Source: an uncultured bacterium (lineage in GTDB: Bacteria; Patescibacteriota; Patescibacteriia; Magasanikbacterales; UBA922). Taken from it: a DNA stretch of 64,000 nucleotides. Positions within the stretch are counted from its first letter, which is position 1. Each line of letters starts with the position of its first letter. Positions 28,516 through 38,071 of this stretch are shown one piece after another. A model generated the notes under the pieces. It worked only from the letters and a program-made list of their open reading frames with translations, had not been told where the DNA came from and ran no database searches. The position numbers and the translations under genes were made by a program. The stretch lies in NCBI GenBank assembly GCA_937861125.1, contig CALMAY010000037.1, forward strand, positions 260,941 to 324,940, given 5' to 3'.

Positions 28516-29808
28516 ATGACTATCTCTCAACTATCATCCGCTATCGGCACAGAAGTCACTATCCAAGGGTGGCTTTACAACAGTCGTTCTAGTGGTTCTT
28601 TGGCATTTTTAGAGCTTCGTGACGGTTCTGGTTTTGTGCAGGCGATTGTGGAAAAAGCAAAGGTCTCTGAGGAGGTATGGACTGCCGCTACGACATTGAC
28701 ACAGGAGTCATCACTGCGTGTGAGTGGGAGTGTTGCGGCACATCCAAAGAAACCGGGTGTATATGAAATCCAAGTATCTAGTTTGGAAGTCATTCATCTG
28801 TCACCAGAATATCCAATCGCTCTCAAAGAGCACGGCCCTGAGTTTCTTTTTGATAATCGTGATTTGTATTTGCGTGCCAAAACTCCTTGGGCAGTACTGC
28901 GTATTCGTGATCGTGTCTTTTTCTCCATTGAGCAGTTCTTTCATGAGGAAGGTTTTATTCGTTTTGATACCCCTATTTTGCAACCAACGAGTTGTGAGGA
29001 TACGACACAGTTGTTTTCAGTTGATTACTACGAGGATCAGATGTATCTCTCTCAGTCTGGACAGCTCTATAGTGAGGCGGGGATCATGGCATTTGGCAAG
29101 GTGTATGATTTTGGCCCAGTATTTCGTGCAGAAAAAAGTAAAACTCGTCACCATCTCTCAGAGCTTTGGATGATGGATGCAGAGATGGCGTTTTTTGATC
29201 AGAGCATGAACATGGATGTGCAGGAGAGAATGGTCAAACGAATCGTCTCTGATGTGCTTCGTGATTGCAAAGAAGAACTTGCGATTTTGGAGCGCGATAC
29301 GACGCTTCTGCAGCGTCTCGTAGATGAACCGTTTGTCCGCATGAAACATGTAGAAGCGAAAAAGATTCTCGAGGCAGATGGACTCACGGTAGATCATCTC
29401 GATGATATGACGACAGAAGAAGAAATTTACCTCGGAAACAAATACCAACTTCCAATCTTTATTGAAGATTATCCGCTCGCTGTCAAATCGTTTTATATGA
29501 AACGATATATTGACGAAGCAGGTGTACCTCGTGCACGCAATGCGGATCTCGTCGCCCCAGAAGAGGGTCGTGAGATCATCGGTGGAAGTCAGCGTGAGGT
29601 AGACTATGATGTGCTCCTCAAAGAAATTCAGGATCGCAACTATCCGCTTGCAGAATATGAATGGTATCTCAATACACGTAAATTTGGTTCAGTTGAGCAT
29701 AGTGGATTTGGGATCGGACTCGAGCGTACGGTGCGCTGGATTACTGGTGTGCATCATATTCGTGAGACCATTCCGTTTGCCAGAATGTTGAATCGAAATA
29801 GACCGTAG
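28516..29808 (+). CDS. asnS: asparaginyl-tRNA synthetase
   Basis: Class IIb architecture, 430 aa. FRAEKSKTRHHLSELWMMDAEMAF (motif 2) and GSVEHSGFGIGLERTVRWITG..IRETIPFAR (motif 3) resemble AsnRS. Confidence 0.85.
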   Translation: MTISQLSSAIGTEVTIQGWLYNSRSSGSLAFLELRDGSGFVQAIVEKAKVSEEVWTAATTLTQESSLRVSGSVAAHPKKPGVYEIQVSSLEVIHLSPEYPIALKEHGPEFLFDNRDLYLRAKTPWAVLRIRDRVFFSIEQFFHEEGFIRFDTPILQPTSCEDTTQLFSVDYYEDQMYLSQSGQLYSEAGIMAFGKVYDFGPVFRAEKSKTRHHLSELWMMDAEMAFFDQSMNMDVQERMVKRIVSDVLRDCKEELAILERDTTLLQRLVDEPFVRMKHVEAKKILEADGLTVDHLDDMTTEEEIYLGNKYQLPIFIEDYPLAVKSFYMKRYIDEAGVPRARNADLVAPEEGREIIGGSQREVDYDVLLKEIQDRNYPLAEYEWYLNTRKFGSVEHSGFGIGLERTVRWITGVHHIRETIPFARMLNRNRP

Positions 29809-29833
29809 TGGTCATATGTGTGGTAGAAACGTT

Positions 29834-29921
29834 CCCCTCCTTGGAAAGGAGGGGATAGGGGTGGTTGATTCGAAGCCACTAGACCATCAACCTCACCTGA
29901 CCTCCCCTTTCTAAGGGGAGG
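29834..29921. other. three consecutive stem-loops in the asnS-aspS spacer
   Basis: H1 is CCCCTCCTT-gga-AAGGAGGGG (29834-29854). H3 pairs GGTGGTTGAT (29860-29869) with ATCAACCTCACC (29886-29897). H2 is CCTCCCCTT-tct-AAGGGGAGG (29901-29921). Confidence 0.5.
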
Positions 29922-29998
29922 AACGTACTAAACAAGTATCTTGATGGATTGTAGTATTCGTTAAATTCGTATGCATTCGTATATTTGTATTACATTTT

Positions 29999-31312
29999 AT
30001 GAAAAACAGAATATTAGTACAACAACTTCCCCAACATTTGGGGCAACAAGTCACCATCGCAGGTTGGCTCTCCAACCTTCGTGACATGAAAAACTTTGGC
30101 TTTGCTATTTTGCGTGATCGTACTGGGTTGGTACAGGTCGTACTTGAGTCAGCACACCTCGAACAGCTTAAAGGATTACAATTTGAAACAGTGCTCAAAA
30201 TTACTGGTACTGTCAAAGAAAAAAAATCAAAAGATCCAAACGCAAAAGAGGTGGAGGTGCAGTGTGAGACACTTGAGGTGCTCTCACCGGTGACTGAGCC
30301 AACACCAGTGGAGATTGGGAAACCTGAGATCGATGTACAGCTCGATACACTGTTTGATAACCGTGTGGTGACACTTCGTCATCCAAAACAGCGTGCCATT
30401 TTTCGTGTGCAAGCTGCACTTGTGCGCGGGTATCGTGAGTATATGGATGCGCAGGGTTTTACTGAGATTTTTTTTCCAGTACTTGGTGGAGCTGCATCAG
30501 AAGGCGGTGCAGAATTTTTCAAAGTCGATTATTACGGACGTGAAGCTACGTTGATGCAATCAGCACAATTGTATAAACAAATTACAATGGGTGTATATGA
30601 GGGAGTGTATGGTTTGTCGTATTCGTTTCGAGCAGAAAAATATGCCACATCTCGCCATCTTACTGAGTTCAATCAATTTGAATTTGAGTTAGGGTTTGTT
30701 GAGGATATGGAGGAGTTGATGGAGATAGAAGAAGGTTCCATAAGAGAAATGTTTGCGGCAGTAGAGCGAGATTGTGCAAATGAGCTGCAGATTCTTGGGG
30801 TGACTCTTCCTCCACTTGGTGCTAAATTCCCTCGTGTTACATTGCGAGAAGCGCTTGAACTGTATCGTGATAATACTGGTATAGATGAAACAAACGAACC
30901 TGATTTGTCACCCGCAGCGGAACGGTGGTTGTCAACGGTGTGGGCTCCACAACAGCATGGTTCTGGTTTTGTATTTGTGACTGACTGGCCAGCAACAAAA
31001 CGTCCTTTCTATGCAAAATTAGATCCAAAGAATCCTGAAAATACAATCACGTTTGATCTTATCGGTTTTGGAAGTGAGATTACTTCTGGTGGTATGCGTA
31101 TTCACGAGTATGCTGAACAGGTGCGTCGAATAGAAGAAAAAGGATTGGATCCTGCACAATTTGAAGATTACTTGACGATGCATAAATATGGTATCCCACC
31201 AGAAGGTGGATTTGCCATTGGCTTACAGCGTTTAACTCAAAATATCCTTGGACTTGGAAATATCAAAGAGGCAACGATATTTCCTCGTGATGTGCAACGA
31301 CTTCGGCCATAA
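29999..31312 (+). CDS. aspS: aspartyl-tRNA synthetase, short archaeal/eukaryal type
   Basis: 437 aa without the bacterial insertion domain. FRAEKYATSRHLTEFNQFEFE (motif 2), GGFAIGLQRLTQ (motif 3) and a C-terminal FPRDVQRLRP. Confidence 0.85.
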   Translation: MKNRILVQQLPQHLGQQVTIAGWLSNLRDMKNFGFAILRDRTGLVQVVLESAHLEQLKGLQFETVLKITGTVKEKKSKDPNAKEVEVQCETLEVLSPVTEPTPVEIGKPEIDVQLDTLFDNRVVTLRHPKQRAIFRVQAALVRGYREYMDAQGFTEIFFPVLGGAASEGGAEFFKVDYYGREATLMQSAQLYKQITMGVYEGVYGLSYSFRAEKYATSRHLTEFNQFEFELGFVEDMEELMEIEEGSIREMFAAVERDCANELQILGVTLPPLGAKFPRVTLREALELYRDNTGIDETNEPDLSPAAERWLSTVWAPQQHGSGFVFVTDWPATKRPFYAKLDPKNPENTITFDLIGFGSEITSGGMRIHEYAEQVRRIEEKGLDPAQFEDYLTMHKYGIPPEGGFAIGLQRLTQNILGLGNIKEATIFPRDVQRLRP

Positions 31313-31349
31313 AAAAACTCGTCTGAATACCAGACGAGTTTTTGTTTTT
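31311..31349. terminator. bidirectional rho-independent terminator
   Basis: A7 run, then ACTCGTCTG-aatac-CAGACGAGT, then TTTTTGTTTTT. Lies between convergent aspS and the SIMPL-like gene. Confidence 0.7.
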
Positions 31350-31359
31350 ATGTGGTATA

Positions 31360-32112
31360 TTAGTCTTTATCCTCTGCACGGTATCCAGCATTTATCTCGA
31401 GAACATATTCACGTGGTAGATATGTTGGTGTGCCGTATCCGTAGTATCCTGGTGGTTGGATCATGTCTCCTGTACTTGGAATATTTTCATACCAGCTAAC
31501 TATATCGTTTAGCTCGCTGTTTGTCTTTTGTTCAATCATTGCTTTATTTTTTTCAAGTGCATCATATGCTTTACTCCATGCCTGTGAGCGGATAGCATCC
31601 ATATCAGAGAGTGTATATGTGACAGAGGTGATCTGGTTGAGTCCTTCTGCGTTGATGAGGGCAAGTGTACGATCTACTGATGTCTTGTGTGTAGTAATAT
31701 TTTTCACTTTAAGCATGACTTGGTAGTTTGCACTGTATCCGGTAACAGCTGGTGGGTTGCCTGAGTAGTCCATTGAGTATTCGTAGTTTGGATTGAGTGA
31801 AGAGCCTGATGGATATATTTCTACCTCAGCATCTTCAAGTGTTGCAAGTTTTTCTGATACTTTTTTGAATAATGCGTTATATTTTTCTTGAATACTACCT
31901 GATGTTTTTTCATTATTGTAGTTTACCGCAGCATAAATAAGTGCGGTGTCTGGTTCATATTGTACTACACCACGTCCGATGACGGTGATAGAGTTATATG
32001 GCTCATTGACAATTTTGTCTCGGAGGATGGAGACGATGACAATTGCTGTGAGCGCAACAACAGCAATGCCACCAAGGATGTTTTTTCCTTTTTCAGAAGA
32101 AAATTCTGGCAT
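31360..32112 (-). CDS. SIMPL/DUF541-like periplasmic protein (membrane-anchored)
   Basis: N-terminal anchor GGIAVVALTAIVIVSIL, then ITVIGRGVVQYEPDTALIYAAV, which is typical of the SIMPL domain. ATG at 32112 chosen. Confidence 0.5.
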   Translation of the reverse strand: MPEFSSEKGKNILGGIAVVALTAIVIVSILRDKIVNEPYNSITVIGRGVVQYEPDTALIYAAVNYNNEKTSGSIQEKYNALFKKVSEKLATLEDAEVEIYPSGSSLNPNYEYSMDYSGNPPAVTGYSANYQVMLKVKNITTHKTSVDRTLALINAEGLNQITSVTYTLSDMDAIRSQAWSKAYDALEKNKAMIEQKTNSELNDIVSWYENIPSTGDMIQPPGYYGYGTPTYLPREYVLEINAGYRAEDKD

Positions 32113-32235
32113 AGGATCTATATACAATGAATAAAATATATTCCTATTGTACACCTCTTTTTCTTTTTGTGCATACTTGCGGTTTTTGTCTTGCTGTGGT
32201 AGGATAATTTCGCTCTATAGAGATAATTTTTACTT

Positions 32236-33192
32236 ATGTCACCATTGCCAAGTGTATTTTTACAGCGCCTCACACTTCTTGCTGGAGACCATTATGAAAC
32301 TATTTTGTCCACATGTGTGGATAAGCCGACGACATTTCGTTGCAATACGATTCGTCGTGATGCAGTAGAGACGTATACTGAGTTGATTTCTTTGGGGTTT
32401 GAACTCGAGCCGGTTTTGTGGTGTCGTGGTGCGTACGTACTTCGTAATAAAACAAAACGAGAATTGATGTCTACGGGTAGTTATACACGTGGAGAAATTT
32501 ACCTTCAGAGCCTCGCGAGCATGGTGCCACCTCTCCTGATGGATATCGAACCAAATCTTCGGGTACTTGATATGACAGCTGCACCAGGAAGCAAGACATC
32601 TCAGATTGCTGCGCTGATGCACAAGAGGGGGGAGTTGGTAGCAAGTGAGATGAGTAAGGTGCGTTTTTTTAAACTGCAACATAATATGCACCTATTGGGA
32701 GTGTCTGACAAACAGGATGGGTGGACACTTGATCTTCGTTATACTGATGCGACCAAATTGGTCTCCAAGTATCCTGAGTATTTTGATCGTGTGTTGCTTG
32801 ATGCACCTTGTAGTGCTGAGGCACGATTTGATGTCAATGATGAGAAATCATATGGATATTGGCGAGAGGAAAAAATTCGTGAAATGGCAAGCGTACAATG
32901 GTCTTTACTCCACGCTGCGTTTGCATTACTTCGTCCAGGTGGTACACTTGTGTATTCTACTTGTACGTTTGCTCCGGAGGAAAATGAATATCAGATTAGT
33001 CAGTTTCTCAATAAAGTTGGGCAGCGAGCACAACTAGAGATGACGAGAATTGATGGACTTACTGCGATGCCGTTGGTGCAGCAGTGGAATAAAAAACAGA
33101 TTCGAGATGATGTGGTAGAGCGTGCATTGCGAGTCCTGCCAACAAAAGATATTGAAGGATTTTTTATTGCGAAGATTAAAAAACAGCCTTGA
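32236..33192 (+). CDS. RsmB/NOP2/Sun-family RNA (cytosine-C5) methyltransferase
   Basis: VLDMTAAPGSKTSQ (SAM site), LLDAPCSAE (motif IV Cys) and LVYSTCTFAPEENE (motif VI TC). Confidence 0.8.
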   Translation: MSPLPSVFLQRLTLLAGDHYETILSTCVDKPTTFRCNTIRRDAVETYTELISLGFELEPVLWCRGAYVLRNKTKRELMSTGSYTRGEIYLQSLASMVPPLLMDIEPNLRVLDMTAAPGSKTSQIAALMHKRGELVASEMSKVRFFKLQHNMHLLGVSDKQDGWTLDLRYTDATKLVSKYPEYFDRVLLDAPCSAEARFDVNDEKSYGYWREEKIREMASVQWSLLHAAFALLRPGGTLVYSTCTFAPEENEYQISQFLNKVGQRAQLEMTRIDGLTAMPLVQQWNKKQIRDDVVERALRVLPTKDIEGFFIAKIKKQP

Positions 33193-33209
33193 TATGCGGC
33201 TGTTTTTTT
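33182..33209 (+). terminator. rho-independent terminator
   Basis: AACAGCC-ttgatatgc-GGCTGTT followed by T-run TTTTT(G). The methyltransferase stop codon lies in the loop. Confidence 0.6.
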
Positions 33210-33262
33210 GTGCTTGATTATACCACATCTTTTTGATACGCTACAGCCATATTTCCCACTCT

Positions 33263-35674
33263 ATGCAGGCCAAGCATGCCCTCATTATTCCTGTTTTTAA
33301 CGGGGAGCGTCACATCCTCTCATTGTTTGTTCAATTAGAGGCTTTTTTGGCTACACAGAGCGATTGGTACGTCTATATCGTCAATGACGGGAGTACTGAT
33401 ACCACGCTTCAGCTTTTGAACCTACTCCCTGCAAATATTTCATCATCTGTGACGGTATTGTCATATGAGCAAAATAGGGGCAAGGGTGGAGCGATCGCCT
33501 ATGCGATGGGAATGATTCCGCAAAATGTTAGCACTATTTCATATACTGATATTGAGATTCCCTATACGTTTGAGCCGCTGGTCAAAGGTGTGGAGGTGCT
33601 CCAGCAGAGAAGTGAGGTGTCTGCTGTTATTGGGGATCGGACGCGTGCGCAGGGGCTCCAGTATTCCAAATACCGTCAGCTCGCGACCAAACTATTTCGT
33701 CTTTTTGTCCCGACTGAAGTGCGAGTGTTTGCTGACACTCAGGCAGGATGCAAGGCGTTTCGATCGGACGTAGCGAGACGTGTCTTTGGGCAATTACAGA
33801 CGTCACGATGGGTCTTTGATATTGAGGTACTCTCAACACTGGTTCGATCGGGTGATGTGGTTGAGACAATTCCAGTGACTATCAAACCACAGTGTGCTCG
33901 TGGTGTAGGTGGACTGACATTTTTGCATTCCAGTGTTTCTGTACTCACTGATCTATTTCACATTCGTTTTCCACAAGTGTATCGACATATATTGCAACGC
34001 ACATTCTTGCTATACTTCATCGCTTCGTTGCTTCTTTCCTTCCTTTGGTTTGGACAATCATTGACACTCGGATTTTTTAGTGATGATTTTCTCGCGCTCT
34101 CTGTCGCTGATCAGGCGTCATCGTGGTGGTCGTATCTAGTGACCAATATCTTTGGGCAAAAGGGGGGTGGAAGCTATGGTCCAGTATGGAACTGGATTGT
34201 CGAGGCACAGTATTCACTCTTTGGGATGCGTGCTAGTTGGTTTCATGGTGTCAGTATTGTCGTACATGCACTCAATGCGACGTTGCTTGTGGTATTCCTA
34301 CAGTTACTGACCAAGCGAAAGAGTCTTTCTGTTGCTGCAGGTCTGCTATTTTTGACACTGGTAGGACACGTAGAGTCGGTTGTGTGGGTAGCATCACAGG
34401 TACATCTTTTTGCGACACTGTTTCTCTTGGTTGGTTTTATTGCCTATATACAAAGTATCCAGATTGAGAACCGACGTTGGTATGTGCTGGGTATGGTCAG
34501 TATTGCGCTTGCTCTGTTTACCAAAGAAATTAGTGTGACGAGCATCTTGCTGTTACCGCTCATCGGTTTGTGGTTGCGTACAAAACAGATGGGTGTGTCA
34601 TTGTACACAGCATGTGTTCATTCACTCAAAGATGCAATTCCTGTGTTTGTTTCATTGAGTACTTTTCTTGTTCTGCGATATGTTGTGACGCAGACGGGTA
34701 CAGTGTCATATTATGGCGGTGGGTTTGATACATTAACGTATTATCATATTTCTCAGTTTATTATTGGGATTACACTCAGTCATGTACTTCCATTTAGTCA
34801 GCGTGCAGAACTCTGGGAGTTTTTGTTTGTGTACAAGGAAATTCTCTTTGTATGTTTGGTACTTGTATCACTATTTCTGCTCAAAAAGAAACAACATAAT
34901 GCTGTCTTTTTCTCTCTGCTTTGTCTGATCGTGTTGATTCCATACGTTCCATTATTTCTCAATTTTTATTCATATGAAGGGGAGCGGTATGGCTATTTTC
35001 CTGCACTCTTTTTTGCAACAGCAGTTATTTTCTTTGTTTCTGAAGTAGTGTCGTTGACACCAAAACGTGTTCAAACAATCTTGTCTGTGGGGTTGTGCCT
35101 CGTTGTTGGCGTGTGGATGGTGGGTTCCTTGGTTACCGTATTTGGTAAGATTGATAACTGGCGTCAGGCAGATGAGTGGATTGCCCAGGTGTTTGACGAA
35201 GCACAGCAGTTGCCATGGGATGATTTGGGGTATGTCTATGTGCTTGGACTGCCTGACTCGTATCAGGGTGCGCATCTGTTGCGTAATGGATTTATGCAGG
35301 GTATGAAGATGTTGTATGATCGGCCGATTGTCGGAGAAAGTCCGTATATCCTCTCATCTGTACTCGAACTACCAGACACATCAGCGCGTGCATCGATGCG
35401 TGTTACGTGTCGGATTGGCGGGCGTCAGTGTTCATTGCATTCTACGGATCAAAATATAATTGGGTTTCCGACAAGTTCTGTGGCACATGGTGTATTGACA
35501 CTGGGAAATGTAGATAGACGAACACTCCTCGCCAAGTCAGTATCGCTGAAAGTGTCAGATCAGTGGTGTGCTGACAAAGAGGTGATCTCTCTTGTGTGGT
35601 ATGATGCGCGTAGTGGAAGGTGGTTGTATGAGACACTTGACCCATATTTGCTCTGTGATAATGGTGATTTGTAG
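33263..35674 (+). CDS. fusion protein: GT2 polyprenol-phosphate glycosyltransferase domain plus a multi-pass GT-C (PMT_2/TMTC-like) membrane domain
   Basis: N-terminus ALIIPVFNGERHI...YIVNDGSTDTT is GT2 (DPM1/GtrB-like). About 11 TM helices follow, with GFFSDDFLAL in the first loop and GHVESVVWVASQVHLFATLF resembling the HPxHxEaVawI motif. Confidence 0.7.
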   Translation: MQAKHALIIPVFNGERHILSLFVQLEAFLATQSDWYVYIVNDGSTDTTLQLLNLLPANISSSVTVLSYEQNRGKGGAIAYAMGMIPQNVSTISYTDIEIPYTFEPLVKGVEVLQQRSEVSAVIGDRTRAQGLQYSKYRQLATKLFRLFVPTEVRVFADTQAGCKAFRSDVARRVFGQLQTSRWVFDIEVLSTLVRSGDVVETIPVTIKPQCARGVGGLTFLHSSVSVLTDLFHIRFPQVYRHILQRTFLLYFIASLLLSFLWFGQSLTLGFFSDDFLALSVADQASSWWSYLVTNIFGQKGGGSYGPVWNWIVEAQYSLFGMRASWFHGVSIVVHALNATLLVVFLQLLTKRKSLSVAAGLLFLTLVGHVESVVWVASQVHLFATLFLLVGFIAYIQSIQIENRRWYVLGMVSIALALFTKEISVTSILLLPLIGLWLRTKQMGVSLYTACVHSLKDAIPVFVSLSTFLVLRYVVTQTGTVSYYGGGFDTLTYYHISQFIIGITLSHVLPFSQRAELWEFLFVYKEILFVCLVLVSLFLLKKKQHNAVFFSLLCLIVLIPYVPLFLNFYSYEGERYGYFPALFFATAVIFFVSEVVSLTPKRVQTILSVGLCLVVGVWMVGSLVTVFGKIDNWRQADEWIAQVFDEAQQLPWDDLGYVYVLGLPDSYQGAHLLRNGFMQGMKMLYDRPIVGESPYILSSVLELPDTSARASMRVTCRIGGRQCSLHSTDQNIIGFPTSSVAHGVLTLGNVDRRTLLAKSVSLKVSDQWCADKEVISLVWYDARSGRWLYETLDPYLLCDNGDL

Positions 35675-35725
35675 CCCTTTTCTTTCTCTTCTTTTTCGAC
35701 TATACTGTGAAGGTATTTTGTCTCT

Positions 35726-36436
35726 ATGCCAGTGCAATTTAAGAGTGGAACATTTGAAGGGCCATATGATCTTCTTCTCTCATTGATTGAAGAGGAGAAG
35801 TTGTCACTTTCAGACGTATCTCTCTCGACGATCACTGAACAGTATCTGTCCTATCTCGATACACTAGAGGAGGAGAATCCAGAGGAGCTGGCTGATTTTC
35901 TGAGTGTGGCTGCGCGGTTGCTTTTGCTCAAATCTCGATTACTCTTGCCACAGTTTGGGTTTGAAGAGGAAGAAAAAGGGGAGAGTCTTGAAGATCAATT
36001 GCGACTGTACAAACAATTTGTCGCAGTGAGTAGAGTGCTCGAGAAGACATGGCTCTCGCCGTTACGAAGTATGTTTCGGTTTGAACCACCTCGCAAGAGT
36101 CCTGACTTTGTCCCGCCGATGAATGTGTCTGGTGAGTCGCTGTACCAGCATATGCTGACATTGATTCGACGTCTCACACCACCAAAACCGTTGCCAAAGA
36201 CGCACATGGATCGGTCGGTAAATATTAAAGAAAAAATTGATGCTATCCGACAACTACTCAATTCATCACAGACACTTTCGTTTTCAGATATTATCGCATC
36301 AGGAGGAAACAAGACTGATATGATTGTAAGCTTCCTCGCGCTTCTAGAATTGCTCAAATTAAAATCAATTCATCTCGAGCAGGAAGAGTCGTTTGGGGAT
36401 ATCGTTATTACAAAGAACATAGAACAAGCCGTGTAA
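35726..36436 (+). CDS. scpA: segregation and condensation protein A
   Basis: FEGPYDLLLSLIEEEKLSLSDVSLSTITEQYL is the canonical ScpA N-terminus. Directly followed by scpB. Confidence 0.85.
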   Translation: MPVQFKSGTFEGPYDLLLSLIEEEKLSLSDVSLSTITEQYLSYLDTLEEENPEELADFLSVAARLLLLKSRLLLPQFGFEEEEKGESLEDQLRLYKQFVAVSRVLEKTWLSPLRSMFRFEPPRKSPDFVPPMNVSGESLYQHMLTLIRRLTPPKPLPKTHMDRSVNIKEKIDAIRQLLNSSQTLSFSDIIASGGNKTDMIVSFLALLELLKLKSIHLEQEESFGDIVITKNIEQAV

Positions 36437-36466
36437 GCCTCTTAAGCATTTTAAGCCTCCTAATGT

Positions 36467-37027
36467 ATGCACTCACACATTGAATCAATTCTCCTCGTCG
36501 CATCACGACCACTTCGATATAGTGACATTGCACAAGCGCTCGATGCTGATACATCAGTCGTCGCAGAGGTAATCGAAGAACTCAAAGCGCGGTACAATAC
36601 TGAGTCTTCAGGTATTCATATTTTTGTTGTTGATGACACGGTTCGTATTGGCACCAATCCAGCACATGCCGCCGTGGTTGAGCAATTTATGAAAGATGAG
36701 ATTGCGGGTGAATTACCAAAAGCACAACTCGAAACTCTGACTGTGATTGCCTATCGCGGACCAATTACTCGTGCGGAGATCGAACAGATTCGCGGTGTCA
36801 ATTGTTCTGTGATTTTACGCAACCTATTGGTTCGTGGGTTGATCGAAGAACGTCAAGATGAGGCATCATTTATGCCAGTGTATACACTTTCATTTGATGC
36901 ACTACGACATTTGGGTTTGACCAGTATTTCTGAACTGCCAGAATATGATACATTGCGTACTCATGCACATATCGATGCAGTGCTCGCAGTAGAGGAGCCG
37001 ACGGACGACGATGCTCACGCTGCATAA
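36467..37027 (+). CDS. scpB: segregation and condensation protein B
   Basis: IESILLVASRPL and LETLTVIAYRGPITRAEIEQIRGV winged-helix motifs. Confidence 0.85.
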   Translation: MHSHIESILLVASRPLRYSDIAQALDADTSVVAEVIEELKARYNTESSGIHIFVVDDTVRIGTNPAHAAVVEQFMKDEIAGELPKAQLETLTVIAYRGPITRAEIEQIRGVNCSVILRNLLVRGLIEERQDEASFMPVYTLSFDALRHLGLTSISELPEYDTLRTHAHIDAVLAVEEPTDDDAHAA

Positions 37028-37032
37028 TCGGT

Positions 37033-38055
37033 ATGGAGCAACGAGGAAATTTTTTGGCAACTGATATTGATGTCACACGATCAGCACACTGGCGTGTTGT
37101 TTTGATGTATACCGCATTGGTGGTGAGTATTGCTAGTATTTGTTCTACCATTATTTTCTTTTTATTTCTGTATACACCAACAAATACCGCACTTCTCAAT
37201 GCGGTGATGGTGTTACTGCGTATCCCCACACCAGAGGAGCAGGTTGCAGAAGTAGAAGTGTATGTACCGCCAGTACCTACACAAATCGCAGAGGTGGTAG
37301 CTCCATCCACAACAGCTTTTTCATTTATGGTGCAGGATACTGTTGGTGGGGCCGTGTTGATCTCACAAAAACCAGATGCTGTCTGGCCACTGGCTAGTAT
37401 TACCAAGTTGATGACTGCACTCGTGATTTTGGATATGCAGCCGGATTATTCGACAACGACAGTGGTGATTGGTGCTGATTCACTTGATTCGTTTATGTAT
37501 GCCGGGGATACTTATACATATCAAGAATTGTGGGATGCGATGCTTATTGGTTCTTCAAATAAGGCGGCATTGACACTTGCAACTGCGCTGGGGGGAAGTG
37601 AGGGTGCTTTTGTGTCTTTGATGAATGAAAAAGCACGAACGTTGGGACTCTCTACAAGTACTGTATTTGTAGATGCGAGTGGTCTTAGTGATGGAAATGT
37701 GGGGACAGCACGTGATGTGTCAATACTTGTCCAAAAAGCAATGGTACAAGAAAAAATTGCACAGACGGTACGCACCAAAAGTGTCGTGTTGTTTTCAAAA
37801 GAACGAAAAAAACAACGGGAAATTTTAACAACAAATTGGTTGTTGACTGGGTGGATCCCAAACACGTTGCAGCTCGTTGGTGGTAAGACAGGTCATACGC
37901 TTGCTGCCGCATATAATTTTACTATGGTAACATATGATGAAGCACATACACGTCCAATCAGTGTCGTCGTTCTCGGTGCTCAGACACATGAGGCGCGTTT
38001 TACTGAGGCATTAGCATTGGCACAGTCTGTGTGGCAATCGTATCAGTGGCCATAA
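37033..38055 (+). CDS. D-alanyl-D-alanine carboxypeptidase (peptidase S11, PBP5/6-like)
   Basis: N-terminal TM. Active-site triad motifs SITK, SSNK (SxN) and KTGHT (KTG). Confidence 0.85.
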   Translation: MEQRGNFLATDIDVTRSAHWRVVLMYTALVVSIASICSTIIFFLFLYTPTNTALLNAVMVLLRIPTPEEQVAEVEVYVPPVPTQIAEVVAPSTTAFSFMVQDTVGGAVLISQKPDAVWPLASITKLMTALVILDMQPDYSTTTVVIGADSLDSFMYAGDTYTYQELWDAMLIGSSNKAALTLATALGGSEGAFVSLMNEKARTLGLSTSTVFVDASGLSDGNVGTARDVSILVQKAMVQEKIAQTVRTKSVVLFSKERKKQREILTTNWLLTGWIPNTLQLVGGKTGHTLAAAYNFTMVTYDEAHTRPISVVVLGAQTHEARFTEALALAQSVWQSYQWP

Positions 38056-38071
38056 TTTTTTATCATAATAT

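Noticed and set aside
29855-29875. GGGGTGGTTGATTCG upstream of aspS resembles the start of the T-box consensus (AGGGTGGNACCGCG). This raised the possibility of a T-box riboswitch.
   Set aside because: The match stops after GGGTGGT. I could identify no specifier loop, stem I features or terminator/antiterminator pair with a U-run, and the element is 80 nt from the start codon. It is kept only as an unexplained structured spacer.
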